DNA of 64,000 nt, from contig NZ_CP013015.1 of the NCBI RefSeq assembly GCF_001577525.1, positions 1,753,751 to 1,817,750 on the forward strand, given 5' to 3'. This stretch comes from Candidatus Desulfofervidus auxilii (GTDB taxonomy: Bacteria; Desulfobacterota; Desulfofervidia; Desulfofervidales; Desulfofervidaceae). Below are positions 29,058 to 39,189 of this stretch, one piece after another. Made by a program: the position numbers and the translations under genes. The notes below the pieces were generated by a model. That model was not told where the DNA came from. It worked only from the letters and a program-made list of their open reading frames with translations, and did not search any database. The stretch's first letter is position 1. Every line of letters starts with the position of its first letter.

Positions 29058-30170
29058 ATGGGAAAAAACAATGTAATTTTTCTAGAAGTTATTGAGTGGT
29101 TTGATATTACCGGAAAGGAACTTGTACATCGTATTCCAGAAGATGGATCAGGCGAGACAAAACTTGGAGCACAGTTAATTGTGCGGGATAATCAAGCAGC
29201 AGTATTTTTTTATAACGGCCGGGCCTATGATGCCATCGGTCCTGGTCGCCACACCCTATCTACTAAAAATATTCCTATTCTGACCAAAGTGTTGAGTATA
29301 CCTTGGGGATTTACCAGTCCCTTTAGGGCAGAAGTCTATTTTACCAATATGAAAATATTTCCCAATCTAAAATGGGGAACAAGAGACCCTGTTGCTTTTA
29401 GAGACTCAGAACTTGGACTTGTTCGGCTCCGTGCCTTTGGTATATTCAACATCCAGATTGTTCAGCCTGTTTTATTTGTAAATAGCTTGGTTGGCACCCA
29501 AGGTGTTTATACCACTGAGGAAATTGAAGATTTTCTCAGCCGAGTTATTGTCTCTAGATTTAATGATCATATTGGAGAACAATTAGATACAATTTTGAAC
29601 TTACCTAGTAGATATGACGAGTTAGCCACAGGATTACAGCAAAGACTAAGAGAAGACTTCTCACGATATGGTCTGCGGTTAGCTAGTCTTTACATTAATT
29701 CTATTACGCCACCTCCTGAGGTGCAACAAGCTATTGACGACAAGGGACGTTTGGCCATATTGGGAGATTTAAATAAGTTTATTAAAATGAAGGCAGGAAT
29801 GGCTATGGAAACTGCGGCCGAGGGTAGAGGGACTGCAGAGGGTGGACTTGGCTTGGGTTTAGGATTAATGATGCCGGGGTTTCTTATGGGAGCGATGGGG
29901 CAGAAAATACAGACTTCATCCCTTGCATGTCCTGAATGTCATCAACCTGTACCTCAAGATGCTAGGTTTTGTCCCTTTTGTGGTCATCAGTTAGCTATCA
30001 TTCATAAGTGCCAAAATTGTGGGAAAAATTTACCTCCTAATGCTGTTTTCTGTCCGCGGTGTGGCCAACCTGTTAACCAAAAACCAACTTCTATTAAATG
30101 TCCTCATTGTGGGGGTGAAAACTTACCAGAGGCTGTCTTTTGCAACTTTTGCGGTGAAAAATTGAAATAA
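29058..30170 (+). CDS. SPFH/band-7-like domain protein with a Gly-rich linker and three C-terminal CxxC...CxxC zinc ribbons
   Basis: The C-terminus holds [27 protein letters not shown] and [14 protein letters not shown]. The N-terminal ~250 aa resemble the SPFH fold (inference). Confidence 0.55.
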   Translation: MGKNNVIFLEVIEWFDITGKELVHRIPEDGSGETKLGAQLIVRDNQAAVFFYNGRAYDAIGPGRHTLSTKNIPILTKVLSIPWGFTSPFRAEVYFTNMKIFPNLKWGTRDPVAFRDSELGLVRLRAFGIFNIQIVQPVLFVNSLVGTQGVYTTEEIEDFLSRVIVSRFNDHIGEQLDTILNLPSRYDELATGLQQRLREDFSRYGLRLASLYINSITPPPEVQQAIDDKGRLAILGDLNKFIKMKAGMAMETAAEGRGTAEGGLGLGLGLMMPGFLMGAMGQKIQTSSLACPECHQPVPQDARFCPFCGHQLAIIHKCQNCGKNLPPNAVFCPRCGQPVNQKPTSIKCPHCGGENLPEAVFCNFCGEKLK

Positions 30171-31519
30171 TGCAAAAATGGCACATCCAGACAAATTGTC
30201 CCCAGTGTGGTGCCCCGGTTTGTCTCAAAGAAACGCAACGTGTCTTAAATTGTGAATATTGTAAGACCAGGCTTTATCTTTTTTCGCAACCTTTTTTCTG
30301 CTATATGTTCTCTCCAAAAGACCCTGAAGCTCAAGTTCTTTTTATTCCATTCTGGCGCATCAAGGGCATTACCTTTTCACTTAAAATGCCTCCTAAAATA
30401 GAAGCTAAAATAATTGATAAAACTCTTATGGCCATTGATATACCCTTGGCTTTTACTTCTTTAGGTGTACGTCCTCAAGCTGTGAACTTGGAATTTGCTA
30501 ATATGGAAAAGGGAGGTATTTTTTTATTCCCCCAAATGGGCTTTAAAGAAGTTTTCCATAAGCTAAAAGAAAAGCCGACAGACAAAGATGGTGTTCCAGA
30601 AAAGATTTATAACATAAATACTTTTGGGGATAAAATATTTCATTATATCCACAGAAAAATTAATAAAAACATAAAAAAAGGAATGAAAGAGGCATCTGTC
30701 AAAATTGTTTTTAGCGATTTTCTTGGTGAAGCAGTAAGCCTTATCTATTTTCCCCTAATTATTGAAAAAAACAACCAAAGAGTTATTTTAAAGGATGGAC
30801 TCTCAGGACAAAACATCGGTAATTTAACTAAAGAAGGTTTAAATTGTCTAAAAAAGAAACGAATCTCCAAATTGCCTACATTACAATTTTTACCCCTAAT
30901 TTGCCCCCAATGTGGTTGGGACATGCCTTGTAATGAAGAAGCATGGGCCGTGTTTTGCCATCACTGCGGTCAGGGTTGGTATGTGTCACAGAATAAATTT
31001 AAAAAGCTAGATTATAAAACAGCCAAAACAGAGCAAGAAGTATTTTATTTGCCATTTTGGCGTATTAATGCTACTGTGCCTGATTTTTCTCTCTATACCC
31101 AAGCGGATTTAATTCGTTTCTCTAACCTACCCAAAATAATAAAAGACCATCATAAAAAATCTCCATTCCATATTTACGTTCCTGCCTTTAAAATCAATCC
31201 TCGTCAGTTTTTACACATGGCTAAATCCATCACCCTTGCTCAACCTGATTATTCCTATCTCCACCAGCCTGTATCCAATGCCCATCATGTACTCTTGCCT
31301 CCAACAGAGGCTTTAAACTCTGTAAAATTGGTAATAGCCAGCATAGGCACATTAAAAAAACACTTTTTCCCTAAATTGCCAAGGATAAAACCAAAGATAG
31401 ATAAAATTACTCTGGTTTTTTTGCCCTTTACCCAAAAAGGGATTGATTTGGTCCTTTTATACCAAGCTATGAATATATCCATCCCAGCCAATGCCTTAAA
31501 ATGGGGAGATTTTTTATAA
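30170..31519 (+). CDS. Hypothetical protein with two internal repeats, each a zinc ribbon plus a (F/Y)xPFWRI module
   Basis: CPQCGAPV..NCEYCKTRLY then ..FIPFWRIKG... CPQCGWDM..FCHHCGQGWY then ..FYLPFWRINA... The start overlaps the upstream stop (ATAATG). Confidence 0.5.
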   Translation: MQKWHIQTNCPQCGAPVCLKETQRVLNCEYCKTRLYLFSQPFFCYMFSPKDPEAQVLFIPFWRIKGITFSLKMPPKIEAKIIDKTLMAIDIPLAFTSLGVRPQAVNLEFANMEKGGIFLFPQMGFKEVFHKLKEKPTDKDGVPEKIYNINTFGDKIFHYIHRKINKNIKKGMKEASVKIVFSDFLGEAVSLIYFPLIIEKNNQRVILKDGLSGQNIGNLTKEGLNCLKKKRISKLPTLQFLPLICPQCGWDMPCNEEAWAVFCHHCGQGWYVSQNKFKKLDYKTAKTEQEVFYLPFWRINATVPDFSLYTQADLIRFSNLPKIIKDHHKKSPFHIYVPAFKINPRQFLHMAKSITLAQPDYSYLHQPVSNAHHVLLPPTEALNSVKLVIASIGTLKKHFFPKLPRIKPKIDKITLVFLPFTQKGIDLVLLYQAMNISIPANALKWGDFL

Positions 31520-32254
31520 ATGGTTACTTATGTCTATGGCTTCCATCCTGTAATAGAATTGCTTACCTCTCAACCTTCAAAGGTAAAAAAACTGATTTTA
31601 GCCAAAGAAATAAAGACCAGCAAAAGACAAAAATTGCTTATACTAGCCCAAGAAAAGGATGTGCCGGTAAAGATTTATCCCAGGATGTATTTAGACAAAC
31701 TACTTGAAAAAACTACATCAAAACCTGTCCACCAAGGAATATTAGCAGTCTTAAAAGAATTTTCCTTTTGTGAATTAGAAACACTAATAAGCTCCCGTTT
31801 ATTACTGGCCTTAGACCACATTCAGGATCCCCAAAATTTGGGGAATATCATTCGCAGTGCCTATGCCTTTGGGGTGGATGGAGTGATTTTACCTAAAGAT
31901 AGGTCAGTAAGCATTACCCCTTCTGTCATAAAAGCCTCGGCTGGAGCAGTAATAAAAGTGCCCATTTCACGCATAACAAATCTGGCTCAAACCCTAGATA
32001 AACTTAAGTCCAAAGGGTTTTGGATTGTAGGTACAGTGGTTAAGGATGGTATACCATTGTGGGATTTTAAACCTCCCTTCCCTCTTGTAGTAGTGGTAGG
32101 GCATGAGCAAAAGGGCCTAAGCAGACTTATTAGAGAAAAGTGCGACTTTCTTATCACCATTCCTATGAAAAGCAATATTGGTTCTTTAAATGTAGCCATA
32201 GCTACTGCTGTCTGTCTGTATGAAATCTTTGCTAAATTTAAAGGGCATGAATAA
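31520..32254 (+). CDS. SpoU/TrmH-family 2'-O-ribose RNA methyltransferase (RlmB-like)
   Basis: LDHIQDPQNLGNIIRSAYAFGVDGVIL and GHEQKGLSRL, plus a C-terminal ..IPMKSNIGSLNVAIA. Confidence 0.8.
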   Translation: MVTYVYGFHPVIELLTSQPSKVKKLILAKEIKTSKRQKLLILAQEKDVPVKIYPRMYLDKLLEKTTSKPVHQGILAVLKEFSFCELETLISSRLLLALDHIQDPQNLGNIIRSAYAFGVDGVILPKDRSVSITPSVIKASAGAVIKVPISRITNLAQTLDKLKSKGFWIVGTVVKDGIPLWDFKPPFPLVVVVGHEQKGLSRLIREKCDFLITIPMKSNIGSLNVAIATAVCLYEIFAKFKGHE

Positions 32255-33581
32255 ACCCTGTTGCCTTTTAATCAATCCTTGGATATACGATTTTGCTGCC
32301 CATGATTTTTGGGCCAAACCCTTGGGTTTACTCTATATTGCGGCCTGGCTTAGGAAAAATAATTGGAAAATTTATATGATAGATTGTCTTAATCCTCATC
32401 ACCCTCAGATGCCCTTTGAACCCCAAGTCCGCTCAGCTACCCGTAAGCATAATGGCACAGGCAAATTTTTCCGCCAAATAATTCCTAAACCTAGCTTTTT
32501 GAGTCATGTACCTAGAAATTATTATCGTTATGGGCTTACTTATAGACTTTTCTTAAAAGAACTAAGTCGGATACCAAAGCCAGATGTAATTTTAGTCACA
32601 TCAGGTATGACTTATTGGTATCCTGGAGTGTTTGCGGTCATTAATATTTGCAAAAAAATGTGGCCAGATGTGCCTGTAATTTTAGGTGGTATTTATGCTA
32701 CAGTGTGTTATGAGCATGCAGTTGAATATTCTAAGGCCGATTTTGTAATTAAAGGACCTGCAGAAATAACTCTACCTTCTATTTTAGAAAAAATGAGTTA
32801 TCCTAAATTGGAATGCTTCTCTGACTCTTTATATCCTGCCTTTGACCTCCTCTTACCTCTGGATTATGTTTGTATCTTAACCTCTCGTGGCTGTCCTTTT
32901 CATTGTGCTTACTGTGCATCCAATCTTCTTTTTCCTACCTTTTATCAAAGATCTCCAGAAGATGTAATTAAAGAAATACTTTTTTGGCATCAGAAATTTA
33001 ATATTAAAGAATTTGCCTTTTATGACGATGCGCTGTTAGTAAATCCTGAACAACACGCTATACCTTTATTCAAAATGTTGGCAGAGAGAAAAATGAATGC
33101 TAACTTTCATACTCCAAATGGTCTTCATGCCCGTTTTATCACTTCCCAAATAGCTAAGTTGATGTATCAAGCTGGGGTAAGAACAGTGAGATTAGGACTG
33201 GAAACAGCAAGTTTTAAAAGATATGACCAAAAATTGACTAGAGAGGAGTTTACTCAAGCCGTCTATTATCTTTTAGAAGCAGGTTTTAGTCCAAAACAAA
33301 TTGGGGCTTATATCTTAATAGGTTTACCTGAACAAAACATTTCAGAAATAGAAGAAACCATCACCTTTGTCCAAAAATTAGGTATTATTCCTCGGCTGGC
33401 TGAGTATTCTCCTATTCCAGGCACAAGGCTTTTTAAAAAGGCCATACTTAATAGTGAATATGACTTAATTAATGAGCCCTTAACTCATAATAATTCTCTT
33501 CTTCCTTGTGCTTCTAAAACATTCTCTTTTGAGGTTCTTAATAGATTAAAAAGAAAAATTTGGCACACCTCTTGCATATAG
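32247..33581 (+). CDS. B12-binding-domain radical SAM protein
   Basis: An N-terminal cobalamin-binding-like domain (LLINPW...), then SRGCPFHCAYC (CxxxCxxC). Confidence 0.75.
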   Translation: MNKPCCLLINPWIYDFAAHDFWAKPLGLLYIAAWLRKNNWKIYMIDCLNPHHPQMPFEPQVRSATRKHNGTGKFFRQIIPKPSFLSHVPRNYYRYGLTYRLFLKELSRIPKPDVILVTSGMTYWYPGVFAVINICKKMWPDVPVILGGIYATVCYEHAVEYSKADFVIKGPAEITLPSILEKMSYPKLECFSDSLYPAFDLLLPLDYVCILTSRGCPFHCAYCASNLLFPTFYQRSPEDVIKEILFWHQKFNIKEFAFYDDALLVNPEQHAIPLFKMLAERKMNANFHTPNGLHARFITSQIAKLMYQAGVRTVRLGLETASFKRYDQKLTREEFTQAVYYLLEAGFSPKQIGAYILIGLPEQNISEIEETITFVQKLGIIPRLAEYSPIPGTRLFKKAILNSEYDLINEPLTHNNSLLPCASKTFSFEVLNRLKRKIWHTSCI

Positions 33582-33646
33582 ATAAAAGATGTGTTATTTT
33601 ATAATCAAGAAGTAAATAAAAAAGTTAAAAGGAGAGAAAGTAAAGT

Positions 33647-34585
33647 ATGAAAGCAGTTGCCAAAAAAGATACAAAATTTGGGGAAAAAATAAGTTTAAGA
33701 CAACTCCACCCTTTTAAAGATTATGCAGTGGAGTGTCTGGGACTTAATGAACGGGAAGCAAAATTGTGCACTTTCTTAAACATTAAAACTTTGGGTAATT
33801 TAGCAGAAACTCCAGTAAGTAAGGCATTGGCTATCCGGAACTTGTGGCATAGGTCTGTGGAAAGCTTAATGGAAAAATTGACACAATTTGTCACAAATTG
33901 GCACGAGATAGAAAGGGATTTTCTGAATACTCCATTTACAGAAATATTACAAAAACTGACTAGGTATATCCCTGAAAAGGAAAGAGTATTTTTTGTCAGA
34001 CGTTATTTTTATGGTGAAACTCTGAGCGAAATTGGAAGAGACTATGGGATGACACGTGAAGGAGTGAGACAAAAGTTACTAAAGGCACAGCGAAGTCTCC
34101 AAACTCCAAATTGGGAAGAATTGGTTGAACGCTATGTGGAGAGGCATCTTGTGCCTTTGTTCAAAGATGACAAAGGTAACTTCTTGCCCAGGAGAGAAAT
34201 AAAAAAACAAATTGAAACTCGTTTTAAAGAGGTTTTACCAGTAGCCTGTGCAACTTTTGTGCTCCTTGAACAGTTGTATTTTAGCCGCAAACGGACAGAA
34301 AGTGCTAAAGTAGTAAGAATTTGTCGGAAATTCTTGGAGAGAATAATAAAACGCACTTTTGATGCTCGGTATCGTCGTGCCTGTCGTCAAGGAGAAATTG
34401 GAAAGAAAATCAGAACATTAAGGCACCTTCAGGGATGGACTCAAACAGATTTGGCTAGACGGCTTAAATGTGCTAGGATTACTGTTAATATGTGGGAAAA
34501 AGGCAAGTCCATACCTAAAAGAAAAAACATAGAGAAGATTGCACGGATATTTGGATTATCTAAGGAAGCCCTCTTAATGGGATAA
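33647..34585 (+). CDS. Fusion regulator: sigma-70 region-4-like HTH plus a C-terminal XRE-family HTH
   Basis: TLSEIGRDYGMTREGVRQKLLKAQRSL is sigma region 4.2-like. IGKKIRTLRHLQGWTQTDLARRLKCARITVNMWEKGKSIP is a Cro/C1-type HTH. Confidence 0.55.
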   Translation: MKAVAKKDTKFGEKISLRQLHPFKDYAVECLGLNEREAKLCTFLNIKTLGNLAETPVSKALAIRNLWHRSVESLMEKLTQFVTNWHEIERDFLNTPFTEILQKLTRYIPEKERVFFVRRYFYGETLSEIGRDYGMTREGVRQKLLKAQRSLQTPNWEELVERYVERHLVPLFKDDKGNFLPRREIKKQIETRFKEVLPVACATFVLLEQLYFSRKRTESAKVVRICRKFLERIIKRTFDARYRRACRQGEIGKKIRTLRHLQGWTQTDLARRLKCARITVNMWEKGKSIPKRKNIEKIARIFGLSKEALLMG

Positions 34586-34662
34586 AGTCCTTAAGAGGGC
34601 TGCTTTAATTTTTCCTCACTTTTTCAAATTGAAACAAAAAAGTTGCACTGTTGCAATTAACG

Positions 34663-34959
34663 TTAAAAAGTTTGTCCAATATTTAAAGTAGGAAACTCCT
34701 GAATAGTGTCAAACTCAACTCCAAAATGCCATTTGTTTATATCTGCTTTTTGTATCCACACCACCCTTCCAGTCAATGCATAAAACTTTTCCACTCCAAT
34801 GGCTAATTCTAAACGGCTAGAAGATGGTGGATTTTTATCTGTCTCTATTAAAGCTCCTTTTACACTTAAATTACGAATTCTACCTATACCATTATCGTTG
34901 TAAAATACTAAATTTAGAGTTTTCTTTCTAGGATAACGCCTTCTTTCAGGCATAAACAC
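34663..34959 (-). CDS. PilZ-domain protein, a c-di-GMP receptor
   Basis: RRRYPRKK (RxxxR) and NLSVKGALIE (D/NxSxxG). Confidence 0.7.
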   Translation of the reverse strand: MFMPERRRYPRKKTLNLVFYNDNGIGRIRNLSVKGALIETDKNPPSSSRLELAIGVEKFYALTGRVVWIQKADINKWHFGVEFDTIQEFPTLNIGQTF

Positions 34960-35000
34960 CTATTAATACCACATAATTGACTTTTAGTCAAATATAAATT

Positions 35001-35245
35001 TTACCAGGACTTTCCCCAGAATTTTCAGAAGCTTTCCGAAAAGAAAGGTAAGGTAAGCTCCTCAAATCCGTAATAACTTTAAAAGAAAACCCACAAATCT
35101 GTCTGCCCCCGCCGGCTGTCGGCAGACAGGCCTGCCTGTCGGCAGACAGGCTTGACAGAAAAATAGTCTCTTAAAGAAAAAATTTCTTTTTTCGCCTTCC
35201 TCTTTAATATTTTTAAGCTTAATAATTAAAGGAAAAAGAGAAAGT
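35001..35245 (+). repeat. Composite intergenic repeat R2, copy C, with a REP-like cluster in its core
   Basis: The arms match copy B (inverted) and the partial copy at 1751-1798. The core at 35097-35152 is a GC-rich REP cluster that is absent from copy B. Confidence 0.8.
35097..35152. repeat. REP-like element cluster (copy 4, two tandem units)
   Basis: ..CTGTCTGCCCCCGCCGGCTGTCGGCAGACAGGCCTGCCTGTCGGCAGACAGG.. Confidence 0.85.
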
Positions 35246-35315
35246 GCGCTTTTTAGTTAAGGTAGGGTGGAGCAAAATGGTAACTGTTCAGGCATGGATG
35301 CTAGATAATGTATAT

Positions 35316-38300
35316 CTATAGCTTTTCTTTAAGCGCCTTTTTTGTGGTCTTAAGCAAGTCAGGTAAGGAATATGGCTTCTGAAGAAATGGAAATCCCCAT
35401 TGTTGAATCTTATCCCAACCTGCTTTTTCATCCCTATATCCACTCATAAATAACATTTTACTCTGGGGTTTGACTTTAAGAATGTGTTCTGCTAACTGGG
35501 TTCCTTTTTTATCAGGTAGTATTAGATCGGTCAAAATAAGGTCAAAATCTCCTTGTTTTCTTTCAAATATATCTAATGCCTCTTGGGCAGTGGCACAGGC
35601 AAAGACTATGTAACCATTTTCAGAGAGTCCTCTTTCTGTAAACTCTCTTACAGCAGTATCGTCTTCTATCAACAAGATACGCTCTCCCTGGCCTTTGAAA
35701 GCTTCTAGAGAAACCAAACTTTCTTTATCTTTGATGGGCTTTAAAGGTATAGCAGGCAAATACACCCTAAAAGTAGTTCCTTGCCCTTTAAAACTTTCTA
35801 CTTCAATCCATCCCTGGTGCTGTTTGACAATCCCATAAACTACTGAAAGACCAAGGCCTGTGCCTATTCCAGGTTCCTTGGTAGTAAAGAATGGTTCAAA
35901 GATGTGTTTTAGAGTTTTTTGGTCCATTCCTATTCCTGTATCTTTTACAGAAAGACAAATAAAATTCCCACACCTAGCCTCTGGTTGGATTTTCAGGTAT
36001 GATTCATCTATATGAATATTTTGAGTACTAATCAGAATTTCTCCTCCCTCTGGCATGGCATCCCTAGCATTAATAACCAGGTTCATAATCACTTGCTCTA
36101 TATTTCCAGGATCAGTCTCAGTAGGCCAGAGCCCATCTATAAGCTCAGTTTTTAAAGAAATATTCTCTCCTATTAGGCGATTAAGCATTTTTATCATATT
36201 TTGGATGGTGATATTTAAGTCAATGGGCTTCATATCCATAGGTTGTTTTCTACTAAAAAGAAGCAATTGGCGGGTAAGACTGGCTGCCTGCAAGGCACAG
36301 CGATGAATCTCTTTTATATCTTGATAAACTGGGTCATGTTCTTTGATTTTCATTAGACTGAGTTCAGTAAACCCCTGAATACCGGTAAGCAAGTTATTAA
36401 AATCATGGGCTACTCCACCGGCCAACCTGCCTATGGCCTCCATCTTTTGTGCCTGAATAAGCTGTTCTTGAGTAGTTTTCAATTCTTGGTAAGCACGCTG
36501 GGTTTCCTTAAATAATCTTGCATTCTCAATGGCGCTAGAGACATGACTTGAAAATACGTCAGCCAGGTTGCGCTGCTCTGAAGTGAAGCCATCTTTGCGC
36601 CTTGAGAGGAAACAATAGATGCCAAAAAAACGTTGGTAATAAATCAAAGGCACTATATAAGCTGAACCAATAGGGAGGCCTTCCAAAATAGGTTCTTTAT
36701 TTAGGTCGGGGATATAAATTGGTTTTTTGCTAACTGCTGCTAAGGCTAAAGGGCTACTACTTGGGTCTGAACAAGATATTATAGTGCCTATTTTTTCCTG
36801 TGAAATACCCACCATAGCAAGTATCTCCAGGGTGTTTTTAAGCTCATCATACCACCACAAAATGCCCATTTTTGCCCCCACAACTCTACAAGCAGAAGGA
36901 AGTGCCTGTTTAGCCAAATCCACTTCCTCACCGAGTTGTGCGAAATTAAAGGTTACATCAGCCAGCACCTCCATATTTTGCGCCCGTTTCTTGGCCTCTT
37001 CATAAAGACGGGCATTTTGGACTGAGATAGCTGCCTGCCCTGCTAGGGTAGTAAAGAAATTCATATCTTCTTTGCTGAATTCTTTAGGTTGAGTAGTAAG
37101 TAGATGAAGCACACCTATAGGCTTGTCCTGGACTACCAGGGACACTCCTATATAAGAACATAGATTATACTTTCTAATGATATTCCGGTGATTCTGCAGT
37201 CTAGGGTCAGACTTCACATCATAAATAATCACCGGTTTCTTCTCAACCCCAAGTTGGTATAAAAGACTATCAGATAGACCAAAAGCCTCTCCCTCTATGC
37301 TTACATCGCCTGGAAGATGAGTCCTAGCCAGTATAGTGCGTTTTTGTCCCCAGTCCATCAGGCTTATTCCAACGGCATCCACCCAGATGTGGGGACTAAT
37401 CTTTTCAAGGACTACTTTAATAATTCCCTCCATAGATAGGTTAGCCGAGATGGCCATATCAATTTCCCGTAAGGTAGTCAGGCGGGCTAATCTCTCTTGG
37501 GCAGTGCGATAGAGGTGTGCATGTTGTAACATAAAAGTCAAGCTATTTGTCAAAGTGGAAAGCATATCAATTTGTTCTTGAGAAAAGGCATTAGGCCTTT
37601 CTGAGGCCAGAATAAGTATGCCCAAAAACTCCTTTTTTAATTTTAAGGGAACGATTACCCAGCTCTTTATTCCTTCTTTTTTTAGGGCTATTTCTAAACG
37701 AGAAGAGGGATCAGGGAGGCTATTCCAGCCTATGGTAATTTTGCTGACAGAAGGAATATCTTCAATGGCTAAATCCCCTGCCCAGGCCATAAAGGTTTCT
37801 GAAAAACCAAATTGTTTTTTTATGATTAATCGGTCATCTTCTCTAAGGCCCACTCCTGTCTTTTCTCCACCTGTTATATCCAGGATTTCTTTAAGTGCGT
37901 TCTCCAACCTCCTTTCTAAATCAAGGGTTTCGAGCATAGCATCTGTAATTCTTTTATAGGCTCCTAGTTCTTTTATTCGCTGGGCAAGCGAGGACTCAGC
38001 AGTTTGTTTGTCTTCCTCTAGTTCCTTCATCTGGATATGAAGGGCTTCGGTAGCCTGTTTCCTTAAAGTAATGTCCTGAGCGTGGACAATGGTAGCTACC
38101 CGTGTTTTACCATCTTGGGCATAGATATTAGCCAAATTGCATAAAAGGATACGTTCTTTCCCATCTTTACAGCAGATAGGCACTTCCAATGACACTAATT
38201 GCTCACCTTTTAAGGTTTGCTCAAACTTTTTAAGTGATTCCTCTTTGCTTGTCTGGGTGAATAAAATGTTTGGGGATTTGCCTATTACTTCCTGTGCCTT

Positions 38301-38750
38301 ATAGCCAGTTAGTCGTTCAAAGGCATTATTAAATAGGCTAATTTTACCTTGTTTGTCCCAGACCATAATAGGGGCATTGGCACAGTGGATGAGACTGTTT
38401 AAATAGTTTCTGGTCTCTTTTAAGGCCTGCTCACCTTTTAGAGTTTGCTCTCTGAGTGTACTTACGACTAAGCCAACAGTAGTAAACATAAAAAATCGTA
38501 TAAGGTCTAATCTAAAAGGAACAGGCAATGCTGAAAGTGCATGAGAAATTACCAGCCATCCGCCTAATAGAATAGGTATCAGGATACCTCTTTTCCCCCA
38601 CCAGAACCCAGCCAAGGCGATAGGAATATAGAAAAGATGGGAAAAGACAACATCAGTACGTAACATGAAATGAGAATAATAAGTTAGGCTTGCGCACACG
38701 AAGGTAAGCACTGTTACAATTACTCTTTTATAGTGCTTTCCCAAAGACAT
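35316..38750 (-). CDS. Large hybrid sensor histidine kinase: TM, PAS, multiple GAF, HisKA-HATPase and a C-terminal receiver
   Basis: 1144 aa. H-box VAHDFNNLL, N box NLVINARDAM, G box GTGLGLSVV, and a receiver RILLIEDD..LILTDLILPD... Confidence 0.85.
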   Translation of the reverse strand: MSLGKHYKRVIVTVLTFVCASLTYYSHFMLRTDVVFSHLFYIPIALAGFWWGKRGILIPILLGGWLVISHALSALPVPFRLDLIRFFMFTTVGLVVSTLREQTLKGEQALKETRNYLNSLIHCANAPIMVWDKQGKISLFNNAFERLTGYKAQEVIGKSPNILFTQTSKEESLKKFEQTLKGEQLVSLEVPICCKDGKERILLCNLANIYAQDGKTRVATIVHAQDITLRKQATEALHIQMKELEEDKQTAESSLAQRIKELGAYKRITDAMLETLDLERRLENALKEILDITGGEKTGVGLREDDRLIIKKQFGFSETFMAWAGDLAIEDIPSVSKITIGWNSLPDPSSRLEIALKKEGIKSWVIVPLKLKKEFLGILILASERPNAFSQEQIDMLSTLTNSLTFMLQHAHLYRTAQERLARLTTLREIDMAISANLSMEGIIKVVLEKISPHIWVDAVGISLMDWGQKRTILARTHLPGDVSIEGEAFGLSDSLLYQLGVEKKPVIIYDVKSDPRLQNHRNIIRKYNLCSYIGVSLVVQDKPIGVLHLLTTQPKEFSKEDMNFFTTLAGQAAISVQNARLYEEAKKRAQNMEVLADVTFNFAQLGEEVDLAKQALPSACRVVGAKMGILWWYDELKNTLEILAMVGISQEKIGTIISCSDPSSSPLALAAVSKKPIYIPDLNKEPILEGLPIGSAYIVPLIYYQRFFGIYCFLSRRKDGFTSEQRNLADVFSSHVSSAIENARLFKETQRAYQELKTTQEQLIQAQKMEAIGRLAGGVAHDFNNLLTGIQGFTELSLMKIKEHDPVYQDIKEIHRCALQAASLTRQLLLFSRKQPMDMKPIDLNITIQNMIKMLNRLIGENISLKTELIDGLWPTETDPGNIEQVIMNLVINARDAMPEGGEILISTQNIHIDESYLKIQPEARCGNFICLSVKDTGIGMDQKTLKHIFEPFFTTKEPGIGTGLGLSVVYGIVKQHQGWIEVESFKGQGTTFRVYLPAIPLKPIKDKESLVSLEAFKGQGERILLIEDDTAVREFTERGLSENGYIVFACATAQEALDIFERKQGDFDLILTDLILPDKKGTQLAEHILKVKPQSKMLFMSGYRDEKAGWDKIQQWGFPFLQKPYSLPDLLKTTKKALKEKL

Positions 38751-38852
38751 ATTTTGAGTATAAAATAGAATTAAGTGTGTTTCAAGTTTGAAAAGAGGAG
38801 AGCAGGGTTCCAGTTGACTAAAAGTGTTAAATCATTCATAATTAAAAATGAC

Positions 38853-39164
38853 ATGAATATGGCTCAAAAAATAAGTTTATTGGTCATCACGTTCTTCATT
38901 AAAATTAATTTAATTTTTCTTCCATTAGTTATGGCAAAGGTAACTGGTGTATGCTCAAACTGTCATACCATGCATAACAGTCAAGATGGCCAGCCTGTAG
39001 TAAAATTTGGAGGTTGGGATCCTAGCAATGGACAACAAACAGGTAGTATTTCAGATGAGCCACAAGAGTATTTACTTATTTCAAACTGTATTGGATGTCA
39101 CACAAATGCAGTAGGGAAATCCCTAATGCTCCCCAAATCTGCAATTGAGTTACTTGCTTTATAA
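38853..39164 (+). CDS. Small secreted diheme c-type cytochrome-like protein
   Basis: Signal peptide MNMAQKISLLVITFF...LVMA. Two CxxCH motifs (CSNCH, CIGCH). Confidence 0.55.
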   Translation: MNMAQKISLLVITFFIKINLIFLPLVMAKVTGVCSNCHTMHNSQDGQPVVKFGGWDPSNGQQTGSISDEPQEYLLISNCIGCHTNAVGKSLMLPKSAIELLAL

Positions 39165-39189
39165 AGATAATTGTGTTAAAAATTAAAAT

